A stretch of 64,000 nt of DNA. Source: Candidatus Latescibacterota bacterium (GTDB lineage Bacteria; Latescibacterota; UBA2968; GCA-2709665). The stretch is from assembly GCA_965203805.1 (NCBI GenBank), contig OZ241917.1, positions 4,064,001-4,128,000 of the forward strand. Direction: 5' to 3'. Under the pieces are notes generated by a model. That model saw nothing but the letters and a program-made list of their open reading frames with translations. It was not told where the DNA came from and made no database searches. This document shows positions 20,177 to 31,637 of the stretch, in pieces (position 1 is the first letter of the stretch; each line of letters opens with the position of its first letter). Both the position numbers and the translations under genes were made by a program.

Positions 20177-21793
20177 CTACGTTCCGGCTGCCTCGATCTC
20201 AACGAGTGGCTTTCCCTGGTCTCCCCCGTCATCGCAGTCCACTCCCTCAAAGGCCGCGACGGCGTTTTCCAGGTCGGCCATAACCGCTTCGATCCGGTCG
20301 TGTGCAGCGTCGACCCCCATCTCCCGGTTGACGTCCCGAAGGATCTCCCAGTCCGCACGCGCGTCGCCGACCGGCGCCAGGCCCCGGCGCACACGCTGCA
20401 CCCGTCCGTCGAAATTGGTAAACGTGCCGTCCTTCTCGATAAACGTCGCGCCGGGCAGGATCACGTCGGCCATCGCCGTCCAGCTGCGTGCCTGGATATC
20501 CTGAACGACCAGAAAGTCGAGGGTTGCCAGGGCCGTCTGTTCCTCCTCGGACAACGAAGCCAGAGGGTCGCCGCCTAGAAGGTAGAGACCCCGTATCCGC
20601 CCTTCCGCCACGCCACGCCAGATTTCCGAAGCCTCCCTGAGAGATAACCCCAACCCCTCGAGCACGGTCCGCGCGCCGCGTGAATTGGGAGACTTGTCCC
20701 CATGGATGGTGAATCCGCCCTTGAACACCACATCGCCCTCGTCGCTGAGTCTGGTGTGGACCGCGACGGGACCGCCCGCCAGCCCGTTCGAGAAGAGACT
20801 GCCGAAGAGATAGTGCTCTTCGTTGGTCAGGTGAGCCGACGCAATCCCCGCCACGGCGCCATCTCCGTATTCCGACCGAACGCGTTCGAATCCGGCCCTC
20901 GTCGCCTTCAGCGCGACGTCCCACAGCGCCAGTTCCTGCTCCTCGCCGCGTCCCAGCATCGGAAACAGCAGACGGTCGTCGGCATGCACGTAACCCCACC
21001 CGTGGCGTCCGTCGTCACACATCCAGTATTCGTTCACATCCGGATTCTCGCGCGGCACCAGTCGGTAGATCCGTTCATTGTTGTAATCGGCCCTGATGTT
21101 GCATCCCGTGCTGCATCCCGGGCAGATCGTGTCGACCGACTTCAGAAACCATACGCGCTGTTTGAAAAGAAACGATTTGTCCAGCAATGCGCCGACCGGG
21201 CAGATATCCACGGTATTGCCCGACAGTCGATTGTCCATCCTCGCCCCGGGGAACACGTCGATTTCGTTATAGACCCCCCGATTGAAGTACCCCAGCTCCC
21301 CCGTGCCGGAAATCTCGTCGCAGAACCGGATGCAGCGGGTGCACCGGATGCACCGGTCGGAATACAACAACACGTGCCTGCCGACGTCTTTCTTGGGCTG
21401 GACCAGCTTCTTCTCGTGGTACCGGCTCCTGTCGGACCCGTACGTGTAGCTGTAGTCCTGCAGTTCGCACTCGCCGGACTGATCGCACACCGGACAGTCC
21501 AGCGGATGATTCACCAGCAGGAATTCCATCACGGCATTCTGGTTTTCCTTGACGACGTCGGACTGCGTATCCACAACCATGCCATCGGCGGGCATGGCAG
21601 AGCAGGAAGGTCCGAGGCTGCGACGACCGCCCACGTCCATCTCTACAAGGCACATGCGGCAGTTTGCCGGTGCGCTGAGCCCCGGGTGGTAGCAATAGTG
21701 AGGGACGTATATCCCGTTGTCAATCGCCGTCTGGAGCACGTTCTTTCCAGGGACGATCTCAATTTCACTGCCATCGATCGTAAATGTCGCCAT
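20177..21793 (-). CDS. nuoG: NADH-quinone oxidoreductase subunit G (short form)
   Basis: CYHPGL..NCRMC, HPLDCPVCDQSGEC, RCIRCTRC, CPGCSTGC Fe-S motifs. Confidence 0.95.
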   Translation of the reverse strand: MATFTIDGSEIEIVPGKNVLQTAIDNGIYVPHYCYHPGLSAPANCRMCLVEMDVGGRRSLGPSCSAMPADGMVVDTQSDVVKENQNAVMEFLLVNHPLDCPVCDQSGECELQDYSYTYGSDRSRYHEKKLVQPKKDVGRHVLLYSDRCIRCTRCIRFCDEISGTGELGYFNRGVYNEIDVFPGARMDNRLSGNTVDICPVGALLDKSFLFKQRVWFLKSVDTICPGCSTGCNIRADYNNERIYRLVPRENPDVNEYWMCDDGRHGWGYVHADDRLLFPMLGRGEEQELALWDVALKATRAGFERVRSEYGDGAVAGIASAHLTNEEHYLFGSLFSNGLAGGPVAVHTRLSDEGDVVFKGGFTIHGDKSPNSRGARTVLEGLGLSLREASEIWRGVAEGRIRGLYLLGGDPLASLSEEEQTALATLDFLVVQDIQARSWTAMADVILPGATFIEKDGTFTNFDGRVQRVRRGLAPVGDARADWEILRDVNREMGVDAAHDRIEAVMADLENAVAAFEGVDCDDGGDQGKPLVEIEAAGT

Positions 21794-21838
21794 CTTGATT
21801 TATCCCGGAACCCGAATGGATTTGTCCTGCCTGACGGG

Positions 21839-23137
<1,299 letters not shown>

Positions 23138-23158
23138 ACCCTGTCAAATCGACTGTTG

Positions 23159-23638
23159 TTACGCGGACCGGTCCAGCAGTTCGTCCAGCTTTTCCCGGGT
23201 CACGCAACGATGCAGTTCCTCGTTGATCAGAACGGCCGGCGCGCCTTCGCATGCCGCAATGCACTCCACCTTGGCCAGCGTGAACCGTCCGTCTCCGGTG
23301 GTTTCACCCACGTCTATTTTCAGTTTTTCCTTAAGGTGTTTCGTAAGCTCGCCGGCGCCGCAGAGCGCACAGGACAGCGTGCCGCAGACATGGATGACAA
23401 CCTCGCCCACGGGCGCCTTGTGGAACATGGGATAGAAGCTCATCACGCCCGCCGCATGGGCGGGCGGGATATCCAGCATGTTCGCCACGTATCTCAATCC
23501 TTCGAGGGAGATGTACCCCCACTCCTTCTGCGCCAGATGCAGAACCGGAAGAATTGCCGCCTTGCGCCATTCCTGCGGATAGTGCGTGACAATCTCCTCG
23601 CACTTCTTCAACGTCTCATCGGAAAGCGCGATCGCCAT
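23159..23638 (-). CDS. nuoE: NADH-quinone oxidoreductase subunit E
   Basis: CGTLSC...ECIAAC 2Fe-2S ligands. Confidence 0.96.
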   Translation of the reverse strand: MAIALSDETLKKCEEIVTHYPQEWRKAAILPVLHLAQKEWGYISLEGLRYVANMLDIPPAHAAGVMSFYPMFHKAPVGEVVIHVCGTLSCALCGAGELTKHLKEKLKIDVGETTGDGRFTLAKVECIAACEGAPAVLINEELHRCVTREKLDELLDRSA

Positions 23639-23681
23639 ATTATAGTGTCCTGTCCTTCGAACGGTTCAAGTCCGCGGACTG

Positions 23682-25454
23682 TTACCGGTCCAACTCACCC
23701 GCAATTACATTGATGCTGCCCAGAATGGCCACCACGTCGGCCACCATATGCCCGTGCGCCAGTTTCGGAAAGCACTGGTAGTTCATAAACGAAGGGGGTC
23801 TTACCCTCAGCCGGTATGCGGCGCCGCTCCCGTCGCTGACGATATAGAAGCCCAATTCCCCGTTCGGACCCTCCGTAGCCAGGTAGATTTCTCCCGGGGG
23901 CGGCGCGATTCCGTGATGGTCCATCGTCACCTTGAAGTGGTGGATCAGCGACTCCATCCCGGTATACACGTCGTCTTTCTCGGGAAGAATCACCTTGGCG
24001 TCGTCGACCTTTACGGCGCCTCCGGGCAGGTTGTTCACCGCCTGTTCGATAATTCGGATGCTCTGATTCAGTTCCTCCATGCGGACCAGGTACCTGTCGT
24101 AGACGTCGCCCTTCTCGCCCACGGGAACGTCGAAGTCAAACGCTTCGTAACCCAGGTACGGTTCGGCCTTCCGCAAATCGTAGTTCACGCCGGAACCGCG
24201 AGCCATCGGACCCGTCAGATTCCACGCGATGGCGTCTTCGGCAGAGATAACGCCGATTCCCTTGGTACGGTCTATCCAGATCCTGTTGCGGGTCAGCAGC
24301 CTGTCGACCTCCCCGGCCGCCCTGGGGAATTGCGCCGTGAAGTCCGTGACCAGTTCGTGGAAATTGTCGGGCACATCCCACCCCAGCCCGCCGACCCGAG
24401 TATAGCTGGTGGTCAGGCGGGTGCCGGTGACGGCCTCGAATATATCGTACAGGCGTTCACGTTGTTCGAACGTGTAGAGGAAAACCGTCATCGCGCCGAT
24501 ATCCAGCGCATGCGTCCCCAGCCAGACCATGTGGTCCGCGATGCGGGAGAGTTCCGACAGAATGACACGGATACACACGGCGCGCGGCGGGACTTCCAGG
24601 CCCATCAGTTTTTCCACCGTCATCGCGTAACCGATGTTGTTGCACAACGGTGAAAGATAGTTCATCCGGTCCGTGACCGTGACCCACTGGTTGTAGGTAT
24701 GGTGTTCCCCCAGTTTTTCGAAGCCCGTATGCAGGTAGCCTATGTCCGGAAGACACCTGGAAATACGTTCGCCATCCAATTCGAGCGTGAGCCGCAGCGT
24801 CCCGTGGGTTGCCGGATGCTGGGGCCCCAGGTTCAGGACCATCCGCTCCGACGCCAGCGGGTCGTCGTCCGGTGCGTCGTCGTCCCCGAAGGGATTGCCC
24901 TCGAAACCGGGATCTTCCGGCGCGATAATGTCCCGCTCGCCCCGTCCATTGAGCGGGTAATCTTTCCTCAGCGGGTAGTACTGAAAGTTCACCGGCATCA
25001 ATATGCGCCGCAGGTCCGGATGGCCCTCGAACCGGATGCCGAACATATCGTAGACTTCGCGCTCCGGCCATTCTGCGCCTTTCCACAAGAAGCACGCGGA
25101 GGGGATCCCGCAGTTTTCTTCGCCTACCTTCGCCCGAAGCCGAAAGCGCTGGTTGTGAGGATGAGAATAGAGGTGATAGACCACATTGAACCGGACGTCA
25201 GGACGCGGCCCGGGATATTCGGAATAGTCGACGGCCGTCACATCGGACAATCGATCGTATTCCAGGCCCGGCTCATCCCGCAAAAAGGCCAGCACTTCCG
25301 AGACCCGGTCCGTATCGCAGACCGCCGTACAGTCGCCGCAGAATTCGGAAAACTCGAGGCCGTCTTCCCGGAACCGTTCCTTCAACTTTCTCGCTGTCAG
25401 GCTTTCTGCCGCCATGTCTGCCGCCGAAGTCCCGGATTTGTCTTCCTGGGCCAT
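23682..25454 (-). CDS. nuoCD: Fused NADH-quinone oxidoreductase subunit C/D
   Basis: EREVYDMFGIRFEGHPDLRRIL (NuoC) fused to NLGPQHPATHG...GELDR (NuoD). Confidence 0.96.
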   Translation of the reverse strand: MAQEDKSGTSAADMAAESLTARKLKERFREDGLEFSEFCGDCTAVCDTDRVSEVLAFLRDEPGLEYDRLSDVTAVDYSEYPGPRPDVRFNVVYHLYSHPHNQRFRLRAKVGEENCGIPSACFLWKGAEWPEREVYDMFGIRFEGHPDLRRILMPVNFQYYPLRKDYPLNGRGERDIIAPEDPGFEGNPFGDDDAPDDDPLASERMVLNLGPQHPATHGTLRLTLELDGERISRCLPDIGYLHTGFEKLGEHHTYNQWVTVTDRMNYLSPLCNNIGYAMTVEKLMGLEVPPRAVCIRVILSELSRIADHMVWLGTHALDIGAMTVFLYTFEQRERLYDIFEAVTGTRLTTSYTRVGGLGWDVPDNFHELVTDFTAQFPRAAGEVDRLLTRNRIWIDRTKGIGVISAEDAIAWNLTGPMARGSGVNYDLRKAEPYLGYEAFDFDVPVGEKGDVYDRYLVRMEELNQSIRIIEQAVNNLPGGAVKVDDAKVILPEKDDVYTGMESLIHHFKVTMDHHGIAPPPGEIYLATEGPNGELGFYIVSDGSGAAYRLRVRPPSFMNYQCFPKLAHGHMVADVVAILGSINVIAGELDR

Positions 25455-25510
25455 GCGATTGCCCGTTCGTCAGTCGTGTATCGTCGATGTTTCAGACGCG
25501 CCGTCCGCGT

Positions 25511-25876
25511 TCAATCCCAATCCAGGCCGCCCTTCCGCCACACATACGCCAGGCCCAGCGCAAGAACGCCGAGGAATACCACCATTTCCGTAAAAATAAA
25601 GTTCCCCTGAGCCAGCATTTCCTTAAAGACAACGGCCCAGGGGTATAAAAACACGACTTCGATATCGAAGACGATAAACAGCATCGCCACAACGTAAAAT
25701 TTGACCGAAAACCGCAGTCTGGCATCGCCTACCGGAGGCACCCCCGATTCGTATGGCGACAATTTGACCGGATTGGGTCGGCGGGGCCCGAACAGATGCG
25801 TTAATAATAAACTGACGGCTGCAAACCCGACGGCCACCGCCATCAGAATAACAATCGGAAAATAATCGACCAGCAT
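25511..25876 (-). CDS. nuoA: NADH-quinone oxidoreductase subunit A
   Basis: PYESG, FIVFDIEVVFLYPWA, KGGLDW. Confidence 0.97.
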   Translation of the reverse strand: MLVDYFPIVILMAVAVGFAAVSLLLTHLFGPRRPNPVKLSPYESGVPPVGDARLRFSVKFYVVAMLFIVFDIEVVFLYPWAVVFKEMLAQGNFIFTEMVVFLGVLALGLAYVWRKGGLDWD

Positions 25877-25955
25877 CGTGCGTCTGGGCCTCCCACGTAC
25901 TCAAGTAGCGGTTCCGGAATGCCATTCATTCCGAGGCCCGCTTTTCGGCGGTGAT

Positions 25956-25984
25956 AGTATATCACAAGGATTGTCAAATGTCAA
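25956..25984 (-). promoter_or_regulatory. Sigma70 promoter of the nuo operon
   Basis: Minus strand TTGACA, 17 nt, TATACT; palindrome GTGATA-GTA-TATCAC (25951-25965) overlaps the -10. Confidence 0.75.
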
Positions 25985-26110
25985 GCCATTACCGAAGAAT
26001 CAACAGGCCCCGGCTGAAGCGTGATTTCAGGGCCCGATCCGATTCCGTATTCATTCCCGCCAGGCGCGATTTCGTTCCCGCAATCCAGGGCTCGAACGGG
26101 CGATTATCCG

Positions 26111-26139
26111 TTGACACCAACGGCCGCGTGGCTCATATT
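26111..26139 (+). promoter_or_regulatory. Divergent sigma70 promoter
   Basis: TTGACA, 17 nt, CATATT. Confidence 0.6.
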
Positions 26140-26150
26140 GTCCATAACGG

Positions 26151-26289
26151 CGCGGCCGGGTGGGGAACCCCGTTTCGCGACCGCTGAGAGTCAACCACGG
26201 ACGAACATTGCAATCCAGGCGCAGGGGTCCGGGGATCCGTGACCGGTTCAGCGTAACCGCAAGCGAACGGCGCCCCGGTACGGACCGCG
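26151..26289 (+). ncRNA. Candidate structured RNA (long interrupted hairpin; family unassigned)
   Basis: Nested complementary blocks CGCGGCCG/CGGACCGCG, GGGG/CCCC, CCGTTTCGC/GCGAACGG, CGCTGA/TCAGCG, CACGGA/TCCGTG, starting just after the promoter. Confidence 0.4.
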
Positions 26290-26311
26290 ACAATTCGACC
26301 AGAGAAACACC

Positions 26312-26890
26312 ATGTTTCGCAGGATTCTTTCTTCAATGTGCGCCAAATCACCTTCTCCGCCGCCGCCGCAGCTGGAAATGACAAGGGATACGCTGCAAGA
26401 CCTTCCGGAAATCCGGATCCCCGAAGGGTATGGGCTGCGGACGTACCGATCGGGCGACGAAGCCGGATGGTGCGCAATCATGGAGGGTAATGTCGGTCGG
26501 GACTGGACGCCTGACACCTGCCGTCAAAAACTCATTGACGACCCCCGCTTCCATCCGGAAAGTCTCTTTTTCGCAACCATCGATTCGCGGCTCGTCGGCT
26601 CCGCCTGCGCGTGGAGCCGGGATCTGACCGAACGCATCGTTGGGGAAGTGCACATGGTTGCCGTGCTGGAGGACCAGCGCGGGAAAGGCCTGGGCCACCT
26701 GGTCAACGCCGCTGTGCTTCATCGACTCAGAGACCTGGGCTATCGCCAGGCCCACCTGCTCACCGACGATTGGCGGGTACCGGCCATCAAGAGCTATCTC
26801 ACGGCAGGATTCCGGCCTCTGCATACCCACGACAGTCACGCGAAACGGTGGTCGGAGATCCTCGCCCGGCTCGGTACCCGGGGCGGATGA
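26312..26890 (+). CDS. GNAT-family N-acetyltransferase (start may be 26336)
   Basis: Motif A VAVLEDQRGKGLG; AIKSYLTAGF. Confidence 0.85.
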   Translation: MFRRILSSMCAKSPSPPPPQLEMTRDTLQDLPEIRIPEGYGLRTYRSGDEAGWCAIMEGNVGRDWTPDTCRQKLIDDPRFHPESLFFATIDSRLVGSACAWSRDLTERIVGEVHMVAVLEDQRGKGLGHLVNAAVLHRLRDLGYRQAHLLTDDWRVPAIKSYLTAGFRPLHTHDSHAKRWSEILARLGTRGG

Positions 26891-26997
26891 AAGAAAAGAA
26901 ACGCCGGGACCCGCGGCGATTGCGCGTACGAAGATCCGGACGTCCGGACATTCAGATGCCGCGGGTACCGGCCTGTAGCAAGCGACAGGAGTCGAGT

Positions 26998-28065
26998 ATG
27001 AAGGCTGCCATTCTGCACAGACCGCTCAACCGAGTTTCCGTCGAAGACGTCGATATCGCCGCTCCCCGGCAGGGTGAAGTGCTCCTGGATATCGTGGGCG
27101 CGGGGGTCTGCCACAGCGATTATCATTACGTCGACGGACACGTTGCGCCTCGCGCGCTCCCCTGGGTGATGGGACATGAAGGCGCGGGCATCGTCCGGGA
27201 GACCGGCCCCGGTGTGACCGGTGTCAGCGTTGGCGACAAGATTATCCTCTCTCTGGACGCGATGTGCGGCCATTGCCGGAACTGCAGCCAGGGCAGTCCG
27301 GCGCTCTGCGAAACCCATCAGGGAGCGTTGCCGAGTCGCATTTCCAGGAACGGGACGACGTATTACCACGGCCGGCCCACCTACACGGAGCAGACCGTCG
27401 TATCGGCGGACGCGTGTGTGAAGGTTCCGGATCACACCGATCTCCGAAAGGCGTGTCTCATCAGCTGCGCGGTGATTACGGGTATCGGCGCCGTAGTGAA
27501 TCGCGCAAAGGTCGAAGCCGGCGCGACCATGGCCGTGTTCGGCTGCGGCGGGGTTGGTCTCAACGTTATCCAGGGCGGCGTGCTCGCATCGGCCGGCAAG
27601 ATCATCGCCGTGGACAAGGTGCCGTATAAACTGGAACTGGCCGAGCAGTTCGGCGCCACGCATATCGTCGATGCGGACCGGGAAGACGCCGTTCGGCGGA
27701 TCGTGGAGATTACCGGGGGCGGCGCGGATTACGCCTTCGAGGTGGTGGGATTCCCGGCGCTGGTTCGGCAGGCGTTCGCATCGGTCCGAACGAGCGGCAC
27801 CGCGGTTGTGGTCGGGGTACAGCCAACCGGCCAGGATATATCCGTTGACGGCGAGGACCTGTTGCGGGATCGCGCCGTGATGGGTTCGTGGCACGGCGCC
27901 GCCCGCGCCCGCGTGGATTTCCTCTGGATTCTGGATCTGTACCGGCAGGGGAAGATCAAGCTGGACGAGCTGATTTCCCGCTATCGACCACTGGATGAGA
28001 TCAATGAGGCGTTCGAAGACATGGTTCAGGGGAAGGTGGCGCGCACGGTGCTGGTTTTCGATTGA
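26998..28065 (+). CDS. Zn-dependent alcohol dehydrogenase (MDR family)
   Basis: GVCHSD, GHEGAG, CGHCRNC...C, GCGGVG; start MKAAIL at 26998. Confidence 0.93.
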   Translation: MKAAILHRPLNRVSVEDVDIAAPRQGEVLLDIVGAGVCHSDYHYVDGHVAPRALPWVMGHEGAGIVRETGPGVTGVSVGDKIILSLDAMCGHCRNCSQGSPALCETHQGALPSRISRNGTTYYHGRPTYTEQTVVSADACVKVPDHTDLRKACLISCAVITGIGAVVNRAKVEAGATMAVFGCGGVGLNVIQGGVLASAGKIIAVDKVPYKLELAEQFGATHIVDADREDAVRRIVEITGGGADYAFEVVGFPALVRQAFASVRTSGTAVVVGVQPTGQDISVDGEDLLRDRAVMGSWHGAARARVDFLWILDLYRQGKIKLDELISRYRPLDEINEAFEDMVQGKVARTVLVFD

Positions 28066-28135
28066 GGGGCTTTGCAGGCGTTTATTATGGGCCGACGTCA
28101 ATGAGTCGTTTATCACTTTCGATTAGGACTGAAAG

Positions 28136-30673
28136 ATGGCATTGAAGAAATCCCAACTCTATTCATCACTCTGGCAAAGCTGCGACGAGTTACGTGGTGG
28201 CATGGACGCGTCTCAGTACAAAGACTACGTCCTGACCCTTTTGTTCATGAAGTATGTCTCTGACAAACACGCCTCCGATCCCAACGCGCTTATCGAAGTT
28301 CCTCCTGGCGGCGGCTTTTCGGACATGGTGGCGTTGAAAGGAAACAAGGAAATAGGAGACAGGATAAACATAATTATTGGAAGACTTGCCGAGTCGAACG
28401 ATTTAAAAGGTGTCATCGATCAGGCGGATTTCAATGACGAAAGCAAGCTCGGTTCGGGCAAGGAAATGCAGGATCGGCTTTCCAAACTGGTTGCCATATT
28501 CGACGGTCTGGACTTCCGGGCCAACCGCGGCGGGGGAGATGATCTGCTCGGCGACGCGTACGAATACCTGATGATGCACTTCGCCACCGAGTCGGGTAAG
28601 AGCAAAGGGCAATTTTACACGCCGGCCGAGGTATCCCGTATCATGGCGAAAGTGATCGGTATTGGACCTGACACTCGCCAGGACCAGACCATCTACGATC
28701 CGACCTGCGGCTCCGGCTCGTTACTGCTCAAGGCCGCGGACGAGGCGCCAAACGGCATCACAATCTACGGCCAGGAGATGGACAACGCCACTTGGGCGCT
28801 GGCTCGAATGAATCTGATCCTGCATGGCCACCCGACAGCCGAACTTTGGCGTGGGAATACGCTGGCCTCACCGTATTTCAAAAACTCTGATGACAGTCTC
28901 AAGACGTTTGATTTCGCCGTCGCGAATCCACCCTTTTCTGCAAAAGCCTGGACAAGCGGCCTCAATCCGGAACACGACGAATACGGACGGTTCGGGTATG
29001 GTATCCCCCCGGCAAAGAATGGTGACTATGCCTTCCTCTTGCACCTCATTGCGTCGCTCAGGAGCAACGGAAAGGGTGCGATTATCCTGCCGCACGGCGT
29101 GTTATTCCGTGGCAACAAGGAAGCGGATATCCGCAAGAACCTCGTCCGGCACGGCTTTATCAAGGGTATCATCGGCCTGCCAGCCAATCTATTCTATGGC
29201 ACCGGCATACCCGCCTGCATACTGGTCATCGATAAGCAGAGCGCCCACGCTCGCACGGGTATCTTTATGATCGATGCCAGCAAGGGCTTCCTCAAGGATG
29301 GGAACAAGAATCGCCTGCGGGCGCAGGACATCCATCGAATCGTCGATGTATTCAACAATCAAATCGAGGTGCCTCGCTATTCCCGCATGGTGCCGGTAGC
29401 CGAGATCGGCAGTCCCGCTAACGACTACAACCTCAACATTCCGCGATATATCGACTCCAGTGACCCGGAGGATTTGCACGATCTTGACGCGCACCTGCAT
29501 GGCGGCATTCCGGATCGGGACCTCGATGCACTTGCTGCTTATTGGGAGGTCTTCCCGTCATTGCGTCAGGCGTTGTTTGTAGGTAATGGCCGTCCGGGTT
29601 ATAGCGACGCCAGGGTTGAAACCCAACAGATGAAGGATGCTATTCTCAACCACGGCGAATTCAAGGTCTACATGCGGCGGGTCTCAGTTGTTCTCGATAG
29701 TTGGTGGGAGGCCCACCAGCCCGTCCTTATGTGCCTCGAAAAGGGAACCGATCCCAAGAATATCATCCTCATCTTGTCGGAAGACCTACTCACGCGTTTG
29801 TCCGGTCTGCCACTGCTCGACAGGTATGACATTTTTCAGCGACTGATGGACTACTGGGACGAGGTTATGCAAGACGATGTATACCTCATCGCCGATAATG
29901 GATGGAAAGCTGGCCGTAACCTGCGCTCTCCATACGAAAAAGAAACGCCGGAAATTAAAATCAAAAAAAGAAAAACGACCTCCAATTACGTGGGGGAAGT
30001 CATTCCGGCATCCTTGGTAATCACGAGGTTTTTCTGTGCCGAACAGCAAGAACTCGAGAGGCTTGAGTCAGACGTCGCTAAATTAGCGGAACGGAAAGAG
30101 GAGTTTGAAGCAGAACATGCTGCAGACGAGGGCGTTCTCAACGGACTCGAAGGCAAGAGTGGAATCACCAAGGGTAATGTGCAGCAACGCGCAGTAGAAC
30201 TTAAGGAATCCATCCTGAAAGCGTATCCCAAGAATAAGCCCGAGCACGATCAGGCGAAGTCGATCAAGAAGACGACATTTGGCGATAATGACTGGATCAA
30301 GAACATAAAGGACGCAGAAGGCCTATTCGAGGAGCTGGATGTTCTTTACGATTATCTTCAGCTGATCGCGGATGAGACAAGGCAAAAGAAGGCGCAAGAA
30401 CGAGCGATGGAAGCGTTGCACATGGCGGTAAATGAGAAGTACAACCAGCTCACTGATGTAGAAATAAAGTCTCTTGTGATCGAGGACAAATGGTTCGCGC
30501 GCATCCGAGCCGATATTCAGGCAGAGGTGCAGCGAATTACACAGCAACTTACCGGTAGGGTCAAGCAACTCGACGAGCGTTATGCGCGGCCGCTTCCCAA
30601 GTTGGAGCGGGAGGTCGATGAATACAGCGCGAAGGTCGAGGGCCACCTGAAAAAGATGGGACTATCGTTGTAG
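28136..30673 (+). CDS. hsdM: Type I restriction-modification methyltransferase subunit M
   Basis: CDELRGGMDASQYKDY, GQFYTP, DPTCGSG (motif I), NPPF (motif IV). Confidence 0.96.
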   Translation: MALKKSQLYSSLWQSCDELRGGMDASQYKDYVLTLLFMKYVSDKHASDPNALIEVPPGGGFSDMVALKGNKEIGDRINIIIGRLAESNDLKGVIDQADFNDESKLGSGKEMQDRLSKLVAIFDGLDFRANRGGGDDLLGDAYEYLMMHFATESGKSKGQFYTPAEVSRIMAKVIGIGPDTRQDQTIYDPTCGSGSLLLKAADEAPNGITIYGQEMDNATWALARMNLILHGHPTAELWRGNTLASPYFKNSDDSLKTFDFAVANPPFSAKAWTSGLNPEHDEYGRFGYGIPPAKNGDYAFLLHLIASLRSNGKGAIILPHGVLFRGNKEADIRKNLVRHGFIKGIIGLPANLFYGTGIPACILVIDKQSAHARTGIFMIDASKGFLKDGNKNRLRAQDIHRIVDVFNNQIEVPRYSRMVPVAEIGSPANDYNLNIPRYIDSSDPEDLHDLDAHLHGGIPDRDLDALAAYWEVFPSLRQALFVGNGRPGYSDARVETQQMKDAILNHGEFKVYMRRVSVVLDSWWEAHQPVLMCLEKGTDPKNIILILSEDLLTRLSGLPLLDRYDIFQRLMDYWDEVMQDDVYLIADNGWKAGRNLRSPYEKETPEIKIKKRKTTSNYVGEVIPASLVITRFFCAEQQELERLESDVAKLAERKEEFEAEHAADEGVLNGLEGKSGITKGNVQQRAVELKESILKAYPKNKPEHDQAKSIKKTTFGDNDWIKNIKDAEGLFEELDVLYDYLQLIADETRQKKAQERAMEALHMAVNEKYNQLTDVEIKSLVIEDKWFARIRADIQAEVQRITQQLTGRVKQLDERYARPLPKLEREVDEYSAKVEGHLKKMGLSL

Positions 30674-30694
30674 GAAGGATAGAGGAGGATCAAC

Positions 30695-31558
30695 GTGTCA
30701 GGATCGAGTGCGACAAGTCTTCCAACCGTTCCATTCGGGAAATATCGGATCAGCCGGCTGATCATGGGCGACAATCCGATCTACGGATATTCACATTTCA
30801 ATCAGCTACTCTCGGGACATCAGAAGGAAGTCAATACATCTGATCAAGTGATGGCGACCCTGCGGCGCGCGGAGGAAGTAGGCATCAACGCTTGGCAGAA
30901 TTCCCTGACCCAACGATCTACCGCCGATCTTCAACGGTACCGCGAAGAGGGCGGTACGATCCATTACTTCTGCCTCAGCCCTGGCGGGTTATGGTACGAC
31001 GACCCCTCGCGGATCGTAGAAGCCGCCAGACACGAACCGATCGGGATGGCGCCCCACGGAAGCGGTGTCGCAGGGCGGTGTCTCAAGGAGAATCGCCTTG
31101 GGTATCTTCGAGATATCCTCAAGAAGATTCGTGACACCGGCGTCATGGTCGGGTTGTCGGTTCACAATCCCCGTCTCATTGATGTTGTCGAAGAAGAAGA
31201 TTGGGATATCGACTATTTCATGACCGCGCTGTATTATTTGGAAGGCGCCCAAGAGGAGTTCGAACAAAAATTTGGCTATGCGCCCCTTGGTGAAATCTAC
31301 CTCCGCGAACACCGCGACCGCATGTGCCGCATCATCCGCAACACTACCAAACCCTGTATTGTCTTCAAAGTCCTCGCGGCCGGTCGCACGATCGGCTCCA
31401 GGAGCCGGATTCGCGAAGAATTCGCCTATACGCTCGATAATATCAAGTCAAACGACATTCTTCTGGTGGGGATGTATCAGAAATTCAACGACCAACTCGG
31501 CGAAAACGCGGCTATGGTAGCGGAATTGTGTCAGGGAGAGTCAGTTTTAGGCGGGTAG
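30695..31558 (+). CDS. Aldo/keto-reductase-like TIM-barrel hypothetical protein
   Basis: LPTVPFGKYRISRLIMGDNP N-terminus, GLSVH.P and FKVLAAGR resemble AKR-related proteins; GGAGGA RBS. Confidence 0.6.
   Translation: MSGSSATSLPTVPFGKYRISRLIMGDNPIYGYSHFNQLLSGHQKEVNTSDQVMATLRRAEEVGINAWQNSLTQRSTADLQRYREEGGTIHYFCLSPGGLWYDDPSRIVEAARHEPIGMAPHGSGVAGRCLKENRLGYLRDILKKIRDTGVMVGLSVHNPRLIDVVEEEDWDIDYFMTALYYLEGAQEEFEQKFGYAPLGEIYLREHRDRMCRIIRNTTKPCIVFKVLAAGRTIGSRSRIREEFAYTLDNIKSNDILLVGMYQKFNDQLGENAAMVAELCQGESVLGG
31408..31541 (+). repeat. 134-bp direct repeat copy 1 (3' end of the 30695-31558 gene)
   Basis: GATTCGCGAAGAATTCGCCT...CTTCTGGTGGGGATGTA...TGTGTCAGGGA recurs at 42964 and 43987. Confidence 0.9.
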
Positions 31559-31637
31559 CAAACCACGCACGACCATTGCTACCCGTTGATCGCACGGTGG
31601 GCTAATCAGATGAACAATAAACGCAGTTCTTTGGACA

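Noticed and set aside
26151-26289. SRP RNA, tRNA or known riboswitch
   Set aside because: Lacks the SRP CAGG..GNRA..AGCAG helix-8 motif, a cloverleaf/TTC loop and any aptamer consensus I recognise.
26611-26997. Extended N-terminus of the alcohol dehydrogenase
   Set aside because: Overlaps the GNAT gene; the family-typical start MKAA is at 26998.
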